Notes under the pieces: generated by a model
The model's database searches: none
Told to the model about the DNA's origin: nothing
Seen by the model: the letters and a program-made list of their open reading frames with translations, nothing else
Part shown: positions 1 through 12,110 of the stretch, piece by piece
Position numbering within the stretch: the stretch's first letter is position 1
Layout of the letters: every line of letters begins with the position of its first letter
Position numbers and translations under genes: made by a program
From: Nemertoderma westbladi
Taxonomy: Eukaryota > Animalia > Xenacoelomorpha
DNA length: 64,000 nucleotides
Assembly: GCA_032718475.1 (NCBI GenBank)
Contig: JAUCBJ010007900.1
Location: 62,001 to 126,000, forward strand
Direction: 5' to 3'

Positions 1-2
1 TG

Positions 3-1376
3 GAGCAGTGTGTCGGATCCATTGATCTCATAATAAACAAGAACGAACTGTTTGGCGAAGAATTTCCCGCAGCTCTAATTCGCGTTCTCTTACTTTGGCT
101 CCCCGAAATCTCTCACGCATTGAGGGTGTTAGATCTGGATAGAGCAAATACCCTCTCATGTCACGCTCACGATGACCCTGTTCGGATGTCAGATATGGGT
201 TTTAGTACCGGTAGGGCAGTTAAGTTTCCTCAACTGACAACTCTGAAGTCTAGATTGACAATAAATGACTCTACAGTGAGAGCTATTGCCCAAGGTTGTC
301 CAATGCTCGAAATATTATGCATTCCGGCATCTTCTGTCACTTTAAAAGGACTTTGTAACCTTTCCCAACTTGCACGATTACGCACTTTAGACATCACAAA
401 ATGTCCCTCAATATCAGTCAATGATATGATTGATTTACAGGAGATTATGCCCCGGCTTTCTATCAGGACAGAGAAAATAATGGTCGTACTAATGGGATTA
501 ATCAAACGTGACAGAGATCCATCCACAACAAACTTCGACTTTAGTGAGTTCACGTTACAGTATTATCGTGATGAAATCAATTCGTATCGGTTTGCGATTT
601 ATCCTGTTACCCCTCTGCATGTATTGTCAATTACAAACAAACTTAAAGACTACCTTCTACCCAACTGCAAAGATACCGTTGAAAGTTTATACCTTAATTT
701 AAGTTGGGATCTGATGTTTTTGAGAAACCCTACTTCACAGTTGCAACTTGAAAATCAGCTATTAGCTCAAGTGAGTCACTTTCCTAACTTAAAATTTTTA
801 TCTTTTAATTCGTGTTGTATTCATCATTTTTTTTCGGCTGCTGTTTTCAATGAAGTTATTTTACCCCAAGTCAGTCACGTTCGATTTGAATCTTCGGAAG
901 TTTCATTGGTTAATTTATTTAAATTGTTTCCGAATCTAAATGAATTGACTCTTGATTGTAGGGATGGACATTATTTAAGTGCCGGCCTTCCCTTATTGAA
1001 CAATGTTCAAACTCTTTTTATAACGGTGTCGTACAGACGTCTTGTAAGTTACCTGCGAATGTTTCCTTCATTGACTAAACTCTCGATTACTCTGGACATT
1101 AAGTTCTTAGAAATGGATTTTACTAATACTATGTCTTGGAAGGAAATTTTGATGCGAGAAGTCCAATATCAACAACAACAAGATCAAGAACAACAAGAAG
1201 ATCAAGGACAACAAGAACATCTTCAAGGTTTGAGTATCGAGAATATATTGGTTTCGGAGAATCATGCTTTAGGACTAAAGTACTTCAATATCGAGGGCTC
1301 GGATCAATTCGATGATATTGCAGAGTCAATTCGTAATATATTTCGGGAGCGGTGTCACAATTTAATAAATAAATAA
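3..1376 (+). CDS. Leucine-rich repeat protein (FBXL/AMN1-like cysteine-containing LRRs), 5'-partial, intronless within window
   Basis: The frame of ORF 120..1376 is also open from position 3 (EQCVGSIDL...). LxxLxL motifs such as CPMLEILCI, LARLRTLDITKCPSIS, FPNLKFLSF, FPNLNELTL and FPSLTKLSI; a Q/E-rich insert near the C-terminus comes from short caacaagaa repeats. Confidence 0.7.
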   Translation, partial: EQCVGSIDLIINKNELFGEEFPAALIRVLLLWLPEISHALRVLDLDRANTLSCHAHDDPVRMSDMGFSTGRAVKFPQLTTLKSRLTINDSTVRAIAQGCPMLEILCIPASSVTLKGLCNLSQLARLRTLDITKCPSISVNDMIDLQEIMPRLSIRTEKIMVVLMGLIKRDRDPSTTNFDFSEFTLQYYRDEINSYRFAIYPVTPLHVLSITNKLKDYLLPNCKDTVESLYLNLSWDLMFLRNPTSQLQLENQLLAQVSHFPNLKFLSFNSCCIHHFFSAAVFNEVILPQVSHVRFESSEVSLVNLFKLFPNLNELTLDCRDGHYLSAGLPLLNNVQTLFITVSYRRLVSYLRMFPSLTKLSITLDIKFLEMDFTNTMSWKEILMREVQYQQQQDQEQQEDQGQQEHLQGLSIENILVSENHALGLKYFNIEGSDQFDDIAESIRNIFRERCHNLINK

Positions 1377-1539
1377 TAATGTAGCTAGATGAAACGAAAC
1401 CAAGCCCTTCATCTTTCCTACAGTACTATCTTCATTAATAACCGGAGAACCCACCTGAATATGATAATACGGCCGACTATAAATTATAGTAGACTAACGT
1501 CGATATAACTACAGTATATCATAACTCAAATTAATATCA

Positions 1540-1750
1540 CATCACATCTAGGCGAATGAACAATGTAAATTATCAATTAAGTGAGAGGAGCATGTGGCAA
1601 GTCATTCTAACCAAAACAAAAAGTCAATTGCAAAAATGTTACTGTTTAATTTTTTATTCTAATTAGCTGCCATTATCATTTGTGTCGATTTCCACTCCGA
1701 GAGACTAACTTAATTGTGTTAAGAGAGCCCCCCCCCCCCCCCCCCCCCCC
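1540..1750 (+). repeat. Degenerate copy of dispersed ~190-bp MITE-like family A, followed by a poly-C tract
   Basis: Shares catct.ggcgaat...gagaggagca...taaccaaaacaaa...gtcaat...atttgtgtcgatttcc with the copies at 7349, 14545 and 62397. Confidence 0.6.
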
Positions 1751-1866
1751 TATTTTATTTATTTTATATATGGAGTGTCCTTCTGTGCTGTAATGTATAT
1801 GTATATATTTATATATGGAGTGACCTATATTTTATTATTTTATATATGGAGTGTCATATGATGCAG

Positions 1867-2539
1867 CGAGGATGGCATAACGAAACGAAACGAAAGAAAT
1901 TTCAATTTCGTTTCGTTTTCAAAAATTTAAGTTTTTTTTTTATCAATCTATGAAATTTTGTTTCGTTTCATAGATTTTAAATTCGCTTTTCGTTTTGTTT
2001 TCTTCTAAAACTTTTGATTTTATCAAATACAAGTTTTAATTATAACCGCCCCCCATACCAAAATACAGTTTAGTATAAAATAATACATTATAATTCTATC
2101 AATATACAGGTGTTGACTCCTGTTGTCTTCTCTTGAGTGTTATACACTATTCTGGTAACATACGTAACGTCCCAGCAGGTACCAGTTGCTCTATTGTATG
2201 TGGTAATTTACTACGGGAACTGGTGGGCAATAAAGGTTGCTGTATTGGGCAATAAAGGTTGCTGTATTGAAGGAAATAATTTACTCGGTTTACATTAAAA
2301 CAATTAAGGATAATATCATTATTATTATTATTTGTAACTTTTCATGCAATTATTTTAATATATTATAAATTTATATCGTTATGATTAATTACCTTATAAT
2401 TTAAAGAAACGAAAAATTTAACGAAACGAAACAATTATTATTTCGTTTCGTTATTTGCATGTAATTTTATTTCGTTTCGTTTAACATTTTTTTCGTTTCG
2501 TTATTGCCAAATATGATTCGTTTCGTTATGCCACCCCTG
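1867..2539. mobile_element. hAT-type MITE, ~670 bp
   Basis: Imperfect TIRs cgaggatggcataacgaaacgaa / ttcgtttcgttatgccacccctg; 8-bp TSD tgatgcag (1859-1866) / tgatgtag (2540-2547); many subterminal aacgaaacgaaa / tttcgtttcgtt repeats. Confidence 0.8.
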
Positions 2540-3909
2540 TGATGTAGTGTTTGTTTCTTAGTATTATTAGTATTCAATTACATGATTATATATTTATTAT
2601 TTAATTTATTATATTAGCAAACAAAAGTGTACAATTTTCGGTGGTATTTCTCCGATATTTATATATTTATGCATCAAAGAAGAAAAAGATTGAATATCAA
2701 AATATTTTATCCGCGTAGTCGGCAAATGTTTGAAGACTAATTCATCTGCGAAAACTATGAAATATAATTAGCGTGGGGATCAGCAATTCTCCAGTGTTCT
2801 GCTAAAGGGCTTCGACGGTTGAAACATCCGTACCCGTATGCTAAGCTTGCTTATTTGGCCCTGCGTGAAGGCCCCACGATCGTGTACAATCTGTTAGTTG
2901 GTGTTGGCCTGTGGGGGGGGGGGGGGGGGGGGGATAAAACAGGCTCTATTCGGAAGACATGACGCCATTACAGACTACAGATATAATAACTTATATTTGT
3001 TCATTTGTTAATAATAATTAAAGTTAAGATACAATACTACTCAACTGTTAACTTCCCCGACGCTTGGATAAATAAGTTTTATTAGAAACTAGCCGCGGGA
3101 ACTAAAGGCATTCCGATAACATTGCTGAGTGTTTAATATCTAGGAATAATATTAATCTTAAAATGAACCGGATATTTAATAAATTATTATATTTTACAAG
3201 GAACTTTCTGACAAAACCAAATATAAGATACTTAAATTAAGTTTCCAGGTAAATAGATTATGGAAATTATTAGAATCATTACAAAATATGCAATGTAAAC
3301 TACTAAATACTGCAAAGTACCATAATTATAAATAAATAACACTAAATAAAATAATTACCGATAACAAGCAAATATCACAGAATATGAAATAATTATGCAT
3401 TTAAATAAATTAAGTAGCAAATAGAATTAACATAATTTTTCAAATGTTCACACGACGTAAATAATCGAAACTCGTGCAAAACGAACTTGACTTGAACCCT
3501 TTAGTGCCTGGTTTACACGCGGCAACTTTATTAACAACTCAGGTTGCCAATCAAGTTATTGTTTATACTAGTAAATATAAATACTAGTTTATACCACGGA
3601 AAAGTCAATATGCTCAAAAAGAAGACACGTCAAACCGATTATTCGTAAATTTATTCGAGGAATATAAGAGTTTGTTGGTCACATAACGTGAGTGGGTTTA
3701 ATGCCGATCGAAGCGAGGCGACTAAAGGAAACAGCGGTGTAATACTGTAAGGATGTTTTCAGAGCAAAGGCACGTAAATGTAGTCGATAATTTAAAAAAT
3801 ATCACGACGCGAAAATAATTATTAAAATTAAGTTTTTAAGAAAATTTATTGAATTTCAAACCGCGTGGCTTGAACCTGCGTCGACACACGCAATTATAAA
3901 TAAATGTCA

Positions 3910-4105
3910 ATTTGACGTAAACCCGTCTCGGACAATTAACAATTTTAATTAAAAGTAAGGGAAAGGAGCAGGATACAGGGTGTCTGTTATTGTAACAAAA
4001 ATAAAAACAAAACTCATAGCATTTTAATTTTTGAAGGTAATCAGCTGTTATTTGGGTCGACTTTCCCCTGAAGAACGATTAATTTTGACCCCCCCCCCCC
4101 CCCCC
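3910..4105 (+). repeat. Copy of dispersed MITE-like family A with terminal poly-C tract
   Basis: ttgacgtaaacccgtct...gggaaaggagcagg...taatcagctgttatttgggtcgactttcccc matches the other family A copies. Confidence 0.65.
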
Positions 4106-5101
4106 GTCTATGCCAACAACATCAATATTCAAATCGGCAAGTTAAATCCTTAGAAATTCACTCAAATTGAATAAATAATAAAATATATTGTAAATTAATA
4201 AACAACTGAAACAAAATAAATACCAACAAAAATTACCCAACTAATATTCTAAACCAAAAACAATAAATTATCAATTTAAACAATAATTAAACCCTCAAGT
4301 TCAATATTGAAAACTGGTTTGTTTCCTTTGTTTCCATACGTTGACGTAAACATAATTTAATAACGTTTATATATAATAAATAATGTTATATGTATTGTAC
4401 TGCCATTATTGCTATTAATTAAGTGGTTTTATTAATTATTATTAACACACAGACATTGAAGCACAGGGAATGCAATGTAGTGACTATGGCCCGTAATAAA
4501 GTTAATCGATTAACAATAGGGAGATTTATATAACTTACAATGAAAATAAAAATTGTTCTTGCCATTATCCACAATTTTGCTATTATTTGGTTATAAATTT
4601 TTTATATATATATTTTTTATATGAAAGACAAAAATTGAACAATCATATTTGAATTAGATAGTAAAGTGTTTACTTACATAGAGGTTCTAGAACTGTAGTC
4701 ATGTGACGCCAAGATAATGGAATCGGAGACGAATGGTGAGATTAATTAGAGTTGAGCTGTTAATACAACTGTGATTAATGATGTAATGTAATGTAAATGG
4801 TTTTGTTCAGAAATGGAAAAACCTCATCAAAGGCCTCATCAGTAGCGCTAACCAGTTCAGCAACATACCTCTGACACTTACTCTCCCATCTAATAAATAA
4901 ATAGACCGGAACGACGTGCTTATAGCGGTGGTTCAACTCTCACGAATACTGAGAAAAGTAGACATAATGTTGACACTGACAAAACCTCAAGATGTTCATT
5001 AGAAATGCAATGCTATGTTACCTACGCATTGAGAATAGCGTGAGTAGGCCTATAATATTAATATGATAATCACCGGTAGTAATTCTATGTTATAAGATAT
5101 T

Positions 5102-5107
5102 TTTATT
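5102..5107 (-). promoter_or_regulatory. Candidate polyadenylation signal of GRTP1
   Basis: tttatt on + (AATAAA on -) about 100 nt downstream of the GRTP1 stop. Confidence 0.4.
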
Positions 5108-5207
5108 ATGAAAAATTTTGAAAGAGTGGTGATGCATCCTTATTACGGGCCATGCACACTACAGTATACAGTGATCATGTGGTTTATACAAACATAATCC
5201 AATGCGT

Positions 5208-6287
5208 TCAATGTGAAGGTTCCATGAACCACCTAGAACCTCGTCTGTGTTTCTTACGTAATCTATTAATAGTCGCCCTCTTGAGCGTCTGAAGATCATC
5301 GAATATGTGCGAAACGAATGAATGGCAGTCGGTGACTTCGGCAGAGCGAACCAAATCCTTGAAACAGTTGAGAATCGTAGCCAAATCGCGACATTGAAGG
5401 AGCCGCTGCTCGTTACTCGCAAGAAGATGTAGACAAACCCGGAAGATTATCTTAGACCCCTCGTAGAAGAGGCAATCCCAGACCCGCAACGCGGTCTCTA
5501 TTGGTAGAACATCGACGAACAGACAGATGAACCACTTGGTTGTGGTTATCTCGTACGCGGCGCCGACGCGGTCTAGGTGCTGGGCGAGCCGAGGTAGTCG
5601 CAGTTCAACTAGTTCCGCAAGAACACGCTGATCCGTTATCAACCCTGACAGATCGGCTGAATAGTAGTCCGGTAAGGTGTTCACTACCAGAGCGTTCATT
5701 AGCCAGAATACCTTCTCTTCGTCCTTCACTATGAGTAGCATGATTCCGACGAGGTAGTTGAGACCTTGGCAGTATCCTACCTCGCTTCTGTAATGGGAAA
5801 ACGCGATTAGGATGTTGCGAAGCCCGGTTATCTTAGAATGCGGCGCACCGCTGCAGAAGTTAATGTTGTCTGGGAAGGTCCGGTGCAGATCTGTGGATAT
5901 GGTGTCGACGAGAGAGCTATCGTGAGTGGCGTTTAGGGCGGTTTTATAAACGTTGGGATTCGCTTTCATTAGCTGATCGGCCCCCGATATGGCCATCCAT
6001 ATAGCCGGTCGCATGCTGTTCGGTATACCTTTGCGGACGTAACGTTTGAGTTTTGCCGATCGGCCCAAGTTTCCCCGTTTGTCTGCGACCGAGGGGTAGT
6101 TTGTACCAGACCATCGTTCGCAACGCTGGGCCAGTACTCGCAGGTAGTCGCGCATAAACTCATCGTAAGTTTTATAGTCAAAATCTTCTGGTCTTTCGAA
6201 TCCGTAGGAATCGATTTCGCTGGTGCCACTGGATTTCCGTTTCTCAACCAATTGTGAATTTGTTGATAGATTATTAGCGACAGCCAT
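5208..6287 (-). CDS. GRTP1: Growth hormone-regulated TBC protein 1 (TBC1D6) Rab-GAP, intronless
   Basis: N-terminal IDSYGFERPEDFD...KRYVRKG signature of GRTP1; TBC catalytic motifs ISTDLHRTFP (R finger) and GYCQGLNYL (Q finger); WDCLFYEG; 359 aa complete ORF. Confidence 0.93.
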   Translation of the reverse strand: MAVANNLSTNSQLVEKRKSSGTSEIDSYGFERPEDFDYKTYDEFMRDYLRVLAQRCERWSGTNYPSVADKRGNLGRSAKLKRYVRKGIPNSMRPAIWMAISGADQLMKANPNVYKTALNATHDSSLVDTISTDLHRTFPDNINFCSGAPHSKITGLRNILIAFSHYRSEVGYCQGLNYLVGIMLLIVKDEEKVFWLMNALVVNTLPDYYSADLSGLITDQRVLAELVELRLPRLAQHLDRVGAAYEITTTKWFICLFVDVLPIETALRVWDCLFYEGSKIIFRVCLHLLASNEQRLLQCRDLATILNCFKDLVRSAEVTDCHSFVSHIFDDLQTLKRATINRLRKKHRRGSRWFMEPSH

Positions 6288-6789
6288 TTCGGAGTGATGA
6301 TCACATTCACAGCAGGATCTCTGTCATCTGTACTGTTGTATCCAGGTTCTATAGGCCTAGTTCAGTAGTTCTCTTATCGAGTTATTGGCCTAATGTTCTA
6401 TGTACTAACTGATGTAGGCCTATAGGACATGATAGGACTAAACTAACTGGTGCAATACACTGTCATACTAACAATGCGCATAGCGGATACCGATTGCCGA
6501 TAGTCAATCAGTAGGCTGGTTGCTGGTAGGCCTAATATTTTTTTTAAGCTAAGCACACAATTTCAGAGTTTTACTACATACTGACATAAACCAAACGTAG
6601 GCCCTACCACCTACTTAGTATCGGTACATAACTAAAATGTTTTAGCAGGACAGGACTCAGGACCTGACCTACTAAGATACCGGTATCTCCAGTCTGTTGT
6701 TAGTACAGTAGTACTGCAGTACTGTAGTACCGGTCGGTAGATCATGGTTTAAGGAAGTTAAAACCAATTAAACCGTGCTAAGCACAATG

Positions 6790-7130
6790 AAATGGAGCTC
6801 CGCCAATTCCCTAGCAGCACACAGAGCAAATGTGAAAGTCTGTCTGCGTCACTGCGTGTAGAATTTATAATTAAGCAATGCTCCTAGGTTATGGGTGACT
6901 ACTACCAAATTTCAGATGAATCTGATGATTGGTTCTATAATGTCAGCTACTATTACCTTTCTGTCAATTCGCGCCCTAGCGGCAGACAGAGGAACGTACT
7001 ATAGTAATCTGTCTGTGCAAAATTTCTAAACTTATGATAGACTATGTGTACCAAGTTTGGTTCCATTTCATCCATGATTGACCAACTTATTAGCGTTCAA
7101 ACATTCCTGCCACAAACAAACTAGGCCTAC
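6790..7130. repeat. Degenerate interspersed repeat with ~160-bp internal units (HINE/pearl-like), related to 41890-42350
   Basis: Two units each with a ccctagc.gca.acagag motif followed by accaa(a/g)ttt; the same motif order occurs at 41890-42350. Confidence 0.4.
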
Positions 7131-7348
7131 TGTAATAGCAGCTGAGCTGCAGGAACTGGAACTCGAGCAGAGCTCCAGTGATACGCAATAATATACTGAA
7201 CTGACTTGAATAGACATCAGTCGCTGGGATATGGATAATGTTAATAGTGAGCATTGAGGCTGAGGCGGTGGGTATAACGGGCATGGGTACTGTAAAAGAC
7301 TTTTGATCCAATTGGAATTCAGATTCCGCCTAAATGTAGGAGACAGGA

Positions 7349-7515
7349 GGGGGGGGGGGGGGGGGGGGGGGGACTGGGCGCAAATCCCATCTTGGCGAAT
7401 TAATAACCCGCCTCAATGTTAAATTCTAAGTTTAGAGAAAGGAGCAGATTGCAGTAGCACGTTATTTTAACCAAAACAACAAACTAAACACAATAGAACA
7501 GGTTACAGTTTTATA
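7349..7515 (+). repeat. Copy of MITE-like family A preceded by a long poly-G tract
   Basis: G-run then actgggcgcaaatcccatcttggcgaat...gaaaggagcag...taaccaaaacaac...caatagaacaggttacagttt. Confidence 0.7.
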
Positions 7516-9294
7516 GTACGTGTTGCAGTCCACACATTTCCATTCAGTTATGGGCTTCCGTAATTCAGGGTTTGACTTTTCCGCGTAGCTGTAGGCTACG
7601 CCCTACGCGTAACCTACCCAGGCTACGCGTAGCCGATGAAATGCAGTTTCGCGTAGGTAAACTTTTGCGTAGGTAACCAATGAATGAATCGAACTAGAGC
7701 CTTTATAAAAGAGAGGTGAATTCAAATAAGATCAATATACAGATATATGAAGTCATCTGGGCACGAGCTACCAGCAATAGGGCCATAGCGACATGCATGG
7801 AGTATAGCGAGAAGCATCGATATATATAATAGAGTTTTACCGACCCATACCCACCTATTACCGGACCCTGCTGCCTGCTGACCCGTAACGCGCTATTACC
7901 AACCTATAAATTCGTTACTGAATTGTGCAGTATGACTTGAATGAATGAATTGAATTGTATCTTGTACAGTAGTGCAATTTATTAATTGTTGACTGTGTCC
8001 GCGTGTTCCTGCGGGAAAAAGCTTCGCCAGCTCCTCAGAATGCCGAGTAAGATCATACCGGGTTGCGCGAACCGCGCTCCGGTACATGGAAGGAGTATAC
8101 TAACATCGATCGTGATGGATATTGGATAACCCTTGCCAATTTATATGTGGGGATTCGATTACCTAACCTATAGCTATGTACAGTATTTTCATATTTTAGT
8201 ATCATTAACCTTTACAATGCGGTAAAAGTAATAATTATTTATTGCATGGTAATAAAATAATGTAGAATATTATTTTGACTACTATACTCTGTATTTTATT
8301 TACCGAGCGCAGAGCGAGGTTAATACAGAATCGAGAGCAAAGTGAAACTATGTTCCACGTTATTTAACATGCCTAACGTACGGTAATTTTATTTTTAAAT
8401 GGAACATTATTTTCACGACGTTATTTATATATTAGTTTCATTTAGTGAATGGTAAGTTATAAGCATTACAGTATTACTGGAATACGTTGTCAGAGGCAGG
8501 AGGACTGCGATTATGCACCCCACTACAGTATTGAACTTGGCTTGGCTGACGTTGGACTTTTGCGAATGATTCTGATCTGAATGCGGCGTTGTCAAGCAGT
8601 AAGGTAAGGTCGCCTATCCTATTGAAAGTTATATAAGTTCGCCGAACACATTTGGTGCAGCATTTCGACTTGTACTAAAAAGAATGTGCTATGCCGGGCT
8701 ATGTTCACTGGAGGGGCAGAGATGTATTCGACGCTGCCGTCGTCATAAGCATCCATCGCCTAAGTTAGATACAGTAGATTACATCTGTACTATTCTATCA
8801 TGACACACCAAACTACCGAACAACTTTATCGCAATAATTTGTATTGTCCGTTTAAATCACTCATGATGTCCTTTTTTTTTACTTTTTATGTCCTCCAGAA
8901 ATTTACCGTTAGGTTCCATGCTACCGGTTTCTTTACTGCTGTTCTCTCAGGCTATCAGTACCGGCACCGGTATTAGTATATAGAGCACTATTTTGCAGTA
9001 TTGCCGTATTGTTTGTACAGATGTAGGTATAAAGCAGGTATTTTAGTACCGGCACCGAAACTGCTGTAGGCCTACCATTTAAATACGGTAATTGTAGGCC
9101 TACCGGCTGACCGGTTTGAATTGAATTGACCGGTTGAATTTGTCGAGTAATTATTAATTTATTTAATTTGATGCGTAATTACATTGTATTGATTTAATTT
9201 GACAGGTGAAGAAATTATATTAATTTTATTTGAAATATAATTTAATTGAATTTATGTAATTTGAAATGTAAATCAATGATGCTGTCTCTTTACT

Positions 9295-9940
9295 TTAAGC
9301 TGTCCCATTCCCTCAATGTTCATGACATAGTTTATTGTTATGTTCATGACATAGTTTATTGTTTTGGTTAGAAAATCCCGCCTCTGTAACCTGCTCCTTT
9401 TCCTGATTTGGTAAAGTGACTGTTTATTGTTTTGGTTAGAAAATCCCGCCTCTGTAACCTGCCCCTTTCCCTCAATTAGTTAAATGATCGTTTATTGTTT
9501 TGGTTAGAAAATCACGCCTCTGTAACCTGCTCCTTTCCCTCAATTAGTTAAGTGATCGTTTATTGTTTTGGTTAGAAAATCCCGCCTCTGTAACCTTCAT
9601 ATATATATATTGTAAAGTGCAATATTAATACTTCTAATAAACATATGTTTAAACAAAAAAAAAAAAATCTTATCGTTTATTGTTTTGGTTAGAAAATACC
9701 ATCTATGTAACCTGCTCCTTTCCTTCATTTGGTAAAGTGATTGTTTATTGTTTTGGTTAGAAAATCCCACCTCTGTAACCTGCTCCTTTCCCTGATTTGG
9801 TAATAAAGTGACCGTTTATTGTTTTGGTTAGAAAGGCTAGCCTCTGTAACCTGCTCCTTTCCTTCATTTGGTAAAGTGACTGTTTATTGTTTTGGTTAAA
9901 AATCCGGCCTTAACCTGCTCCTTTCCATCAATTGGTAATT
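9295..9940. repeat. 68-bp tandem repeat (~8 copies), reverse complement of the internal part of family A
   Basis: Unit tttattgttttggttagaaaatcccgcctctgtaacctgctcctttccctcaattagttaagtgatcg recurs at 9355, 9423, 9491, 9559, 9676, 9744, 9815 and 9883. Confidence 0.9.
9597..9667 (+). mobile_element. Very short poly(A)-tailed retro-insertion within the 68-bp array
   Basis: About 70 nt of unrelated sequence with AATAAA (9636-9641) followed by an A13 tail, interrupting a repeat unit. Confidence 0.5.
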
Positions 9941-10328
9941 GTTTTTAGCTATAAAATGAGTGTTTTGCTACGTCATGTGGTAATCGATTATCGACAACAA
10001 CCACAAACTATTACAATTAGAGTCTTTTACCACAGGCGCATATGGAAATCTATCTCATAGTCTATAAATCATGGAATTTTGAATGTTTTGGCACAGGCAT
10101 AGTGAAACTAACTGTCCGACAGACCAGAAAGCATCAAATTTTGAATGTTTTGGCATAGGCATGTTGAAATCAACTGTCTGATAGTCCAGAAATAAGCAGT
10201 CTGACAGTTTGAAGAAATACATACATAAAAAGTCATTAAAGGACAAAAAAAGTCATTAAAGGGACAACAAAAGTCATTATGCGCAATTCGTAAAAAAAGG
10301 AGGACAAAAAAGTCAAATAAAAGGACAT

Positions 10329-11363
10329 AAAGGTTACATGTAACACAAAGGTTACATGTAAAACAAAAGTTACATGTAACACAAAGGTTACATGTAACAC
10401 AAAGTTTACATGTAACACAAAGGTTACATGTAACACAAAGGTTACATGTAAAACAAAAGTTACATGTAACACAAAAGTTACATGTAACACAAAGTTTACA
10501 TGTAACACAAAGGTTACATGTAACACAAAGGTTACATGTAACACAAAAATTACATGTAACACAAAGGTTACATGTAACACAAAGGTTACATGTAACACAA
10601 AGGTTACATGTAACACAAAGGTTACATGTAACACAAAGGTTACATGTAACACAAAGGTTACATGTAACACAAAGGTTACATGTAACACAAAGGTTACATG
10701 TAACACAAAGGTTACATGTAACACAAAGGTTACATGTAACACAAAGGGTACATGTAACACAAAGGTTACATGTAACACAAAGATTACATGTAACACAAAG
10801 GTTACATGTAACACAAAGGTTACATGTAACACAAAGGTTACATGTAACACAAAGGTTACATGTAACACAAAGGTTACATGTAACACAAAAGTTACATGTA
10901 ACACAAAAGTTACATGTAACACAAAGGTTACATGTAACACAAAAGTTACATGTAATACAAAAGTTACATGTAACACAAAGGTTACATGTAACACAAAGGT
11001 TACATGTAACACAAAGGTTACATGTAACACAAAGGTTACATGTAACACAAAGTTTACATGTAACACAAAGGTTACATGTAACACAAAGGTTACATGTAAC
11101 ACAAAGGTTACATGTAACACAAAGGTTACATGTAACACAAAGGTTACATGTAACACAAAGGTTACATGTAACACAAAGGTTACATGTAACACAAAGGTTA
11201 CATGTAACACAAACGTTACATTTAACACAAAGATTACATGTAACACAAAGGTTACATGTAACACAAAGGTAACATGTAACACAAAGGTTACATGTAACAC
11301 AAAGGTTACATGTAACACAAAGGTAACATGTAACACAAAGGTTACATGTAACACAAAAGTTAC
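10329..11363. repeat. 18-bp satellite (aaaggttacatgtaacac)n, ~57 copies
   Basis: Highly homogeneous tandem array; each unit contains the perfect palindrome GTTACATGTAAC. Confidence 0.97.
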
Positions 11364-11610
11364 TACTCAAAAGTCACAAAAGATACTTCGATCACTACAG
11401 TACTCCTGCAATCTGCAAAACCAATCTACTGGGATCGAAGTCCCATCTGCATCTTAAATCCCCCGCGTTCTAAATCTTCCGGGATCTCCTGGATCCATTC
11501 CAAAATTATCTCAACAACTACAACCCTATACTGTAGATCAATAATTAAGATGGTGTTGAAATACATTCTCAAGCTGGATGCGGAAGCCGTGAATCACCAG
11601 CGAAAATGTG

Positions 11611-12110
11611 TGGGGGGGGGGGGGGGGGGGGGACTTGACACAAATTCAATCTCAGCGGAATAATATCTCGCTTCAATGTTAAATTGTCAATTAATGGAAA
11701 GGAGCAGGTTGTAGTGGTACGTTATTCAGTTATTCACAACAAAACTGAGAAATTTGGATTATACTGGAACTGTCAATTAAACAAAATTGCACTTTTTAAA
11801 TAATTGTGCACTAATTACTGTAAAGTAGATTAGACTGTACCAATATTCATAGGCCTACTGTATACTAGGCCCCTACTATTCCTGTAGTTATATACAGTAC
11901 ATATTAGGTCAGCCTACCAGTTAAATGTTTTATCTTATCATTGAACATCTTCCACTAATTATTATTATATGATAGTTTAATATACAGTACTGTATGTTGC
12001 GGATAGTTCAACTTGGAAGATTAGGTTTTCTTCAAAAACAATAAACGAACGTCAATAGAACAGGCTATTTGGGGGATTAATCAGCTGTTATTTGCGTCGC
12101 TTTATCCCTG
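11611..12110 (+). repeat. Split copy of MITE-like family A (5' half 11611-11745 with poly-G; 3' half ~12035-12110)
   Basis: G-run+acttgacacaaatt...gaaaggagcaggttg, then later aacaataaacgaacgtcaatagaacagg...taatcagctgttatttgcgtcg. Confidence 0.6.

Noticed and set aside
2785-2835. Possible Penelope-type minimal hammerhead (ctgctaaagggcttcgacggttgaaac)
   Set aside because: The CUGANGA core is not matched and stem II pairs poorly; cannot be supported.
7566-7680. cagggtttg... with repeated cgcgtag/ctacgcg motifs, like a hAT left end
   Set aside because: No matching right TIR or TSD found in the window.
10108-11370. 420-aa (CVTCNL)n Cys-rich and 372-aa (VLHVTF)n ORFs, suggestive of a metallothionein- or antifreeze-like protein
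   Set aside because: They are translations of an 18-bp palindromic satellite whose unit lacks stops in these frames; non-ATG starts, near-identical nucleotide units and no signal peptide or splice context.
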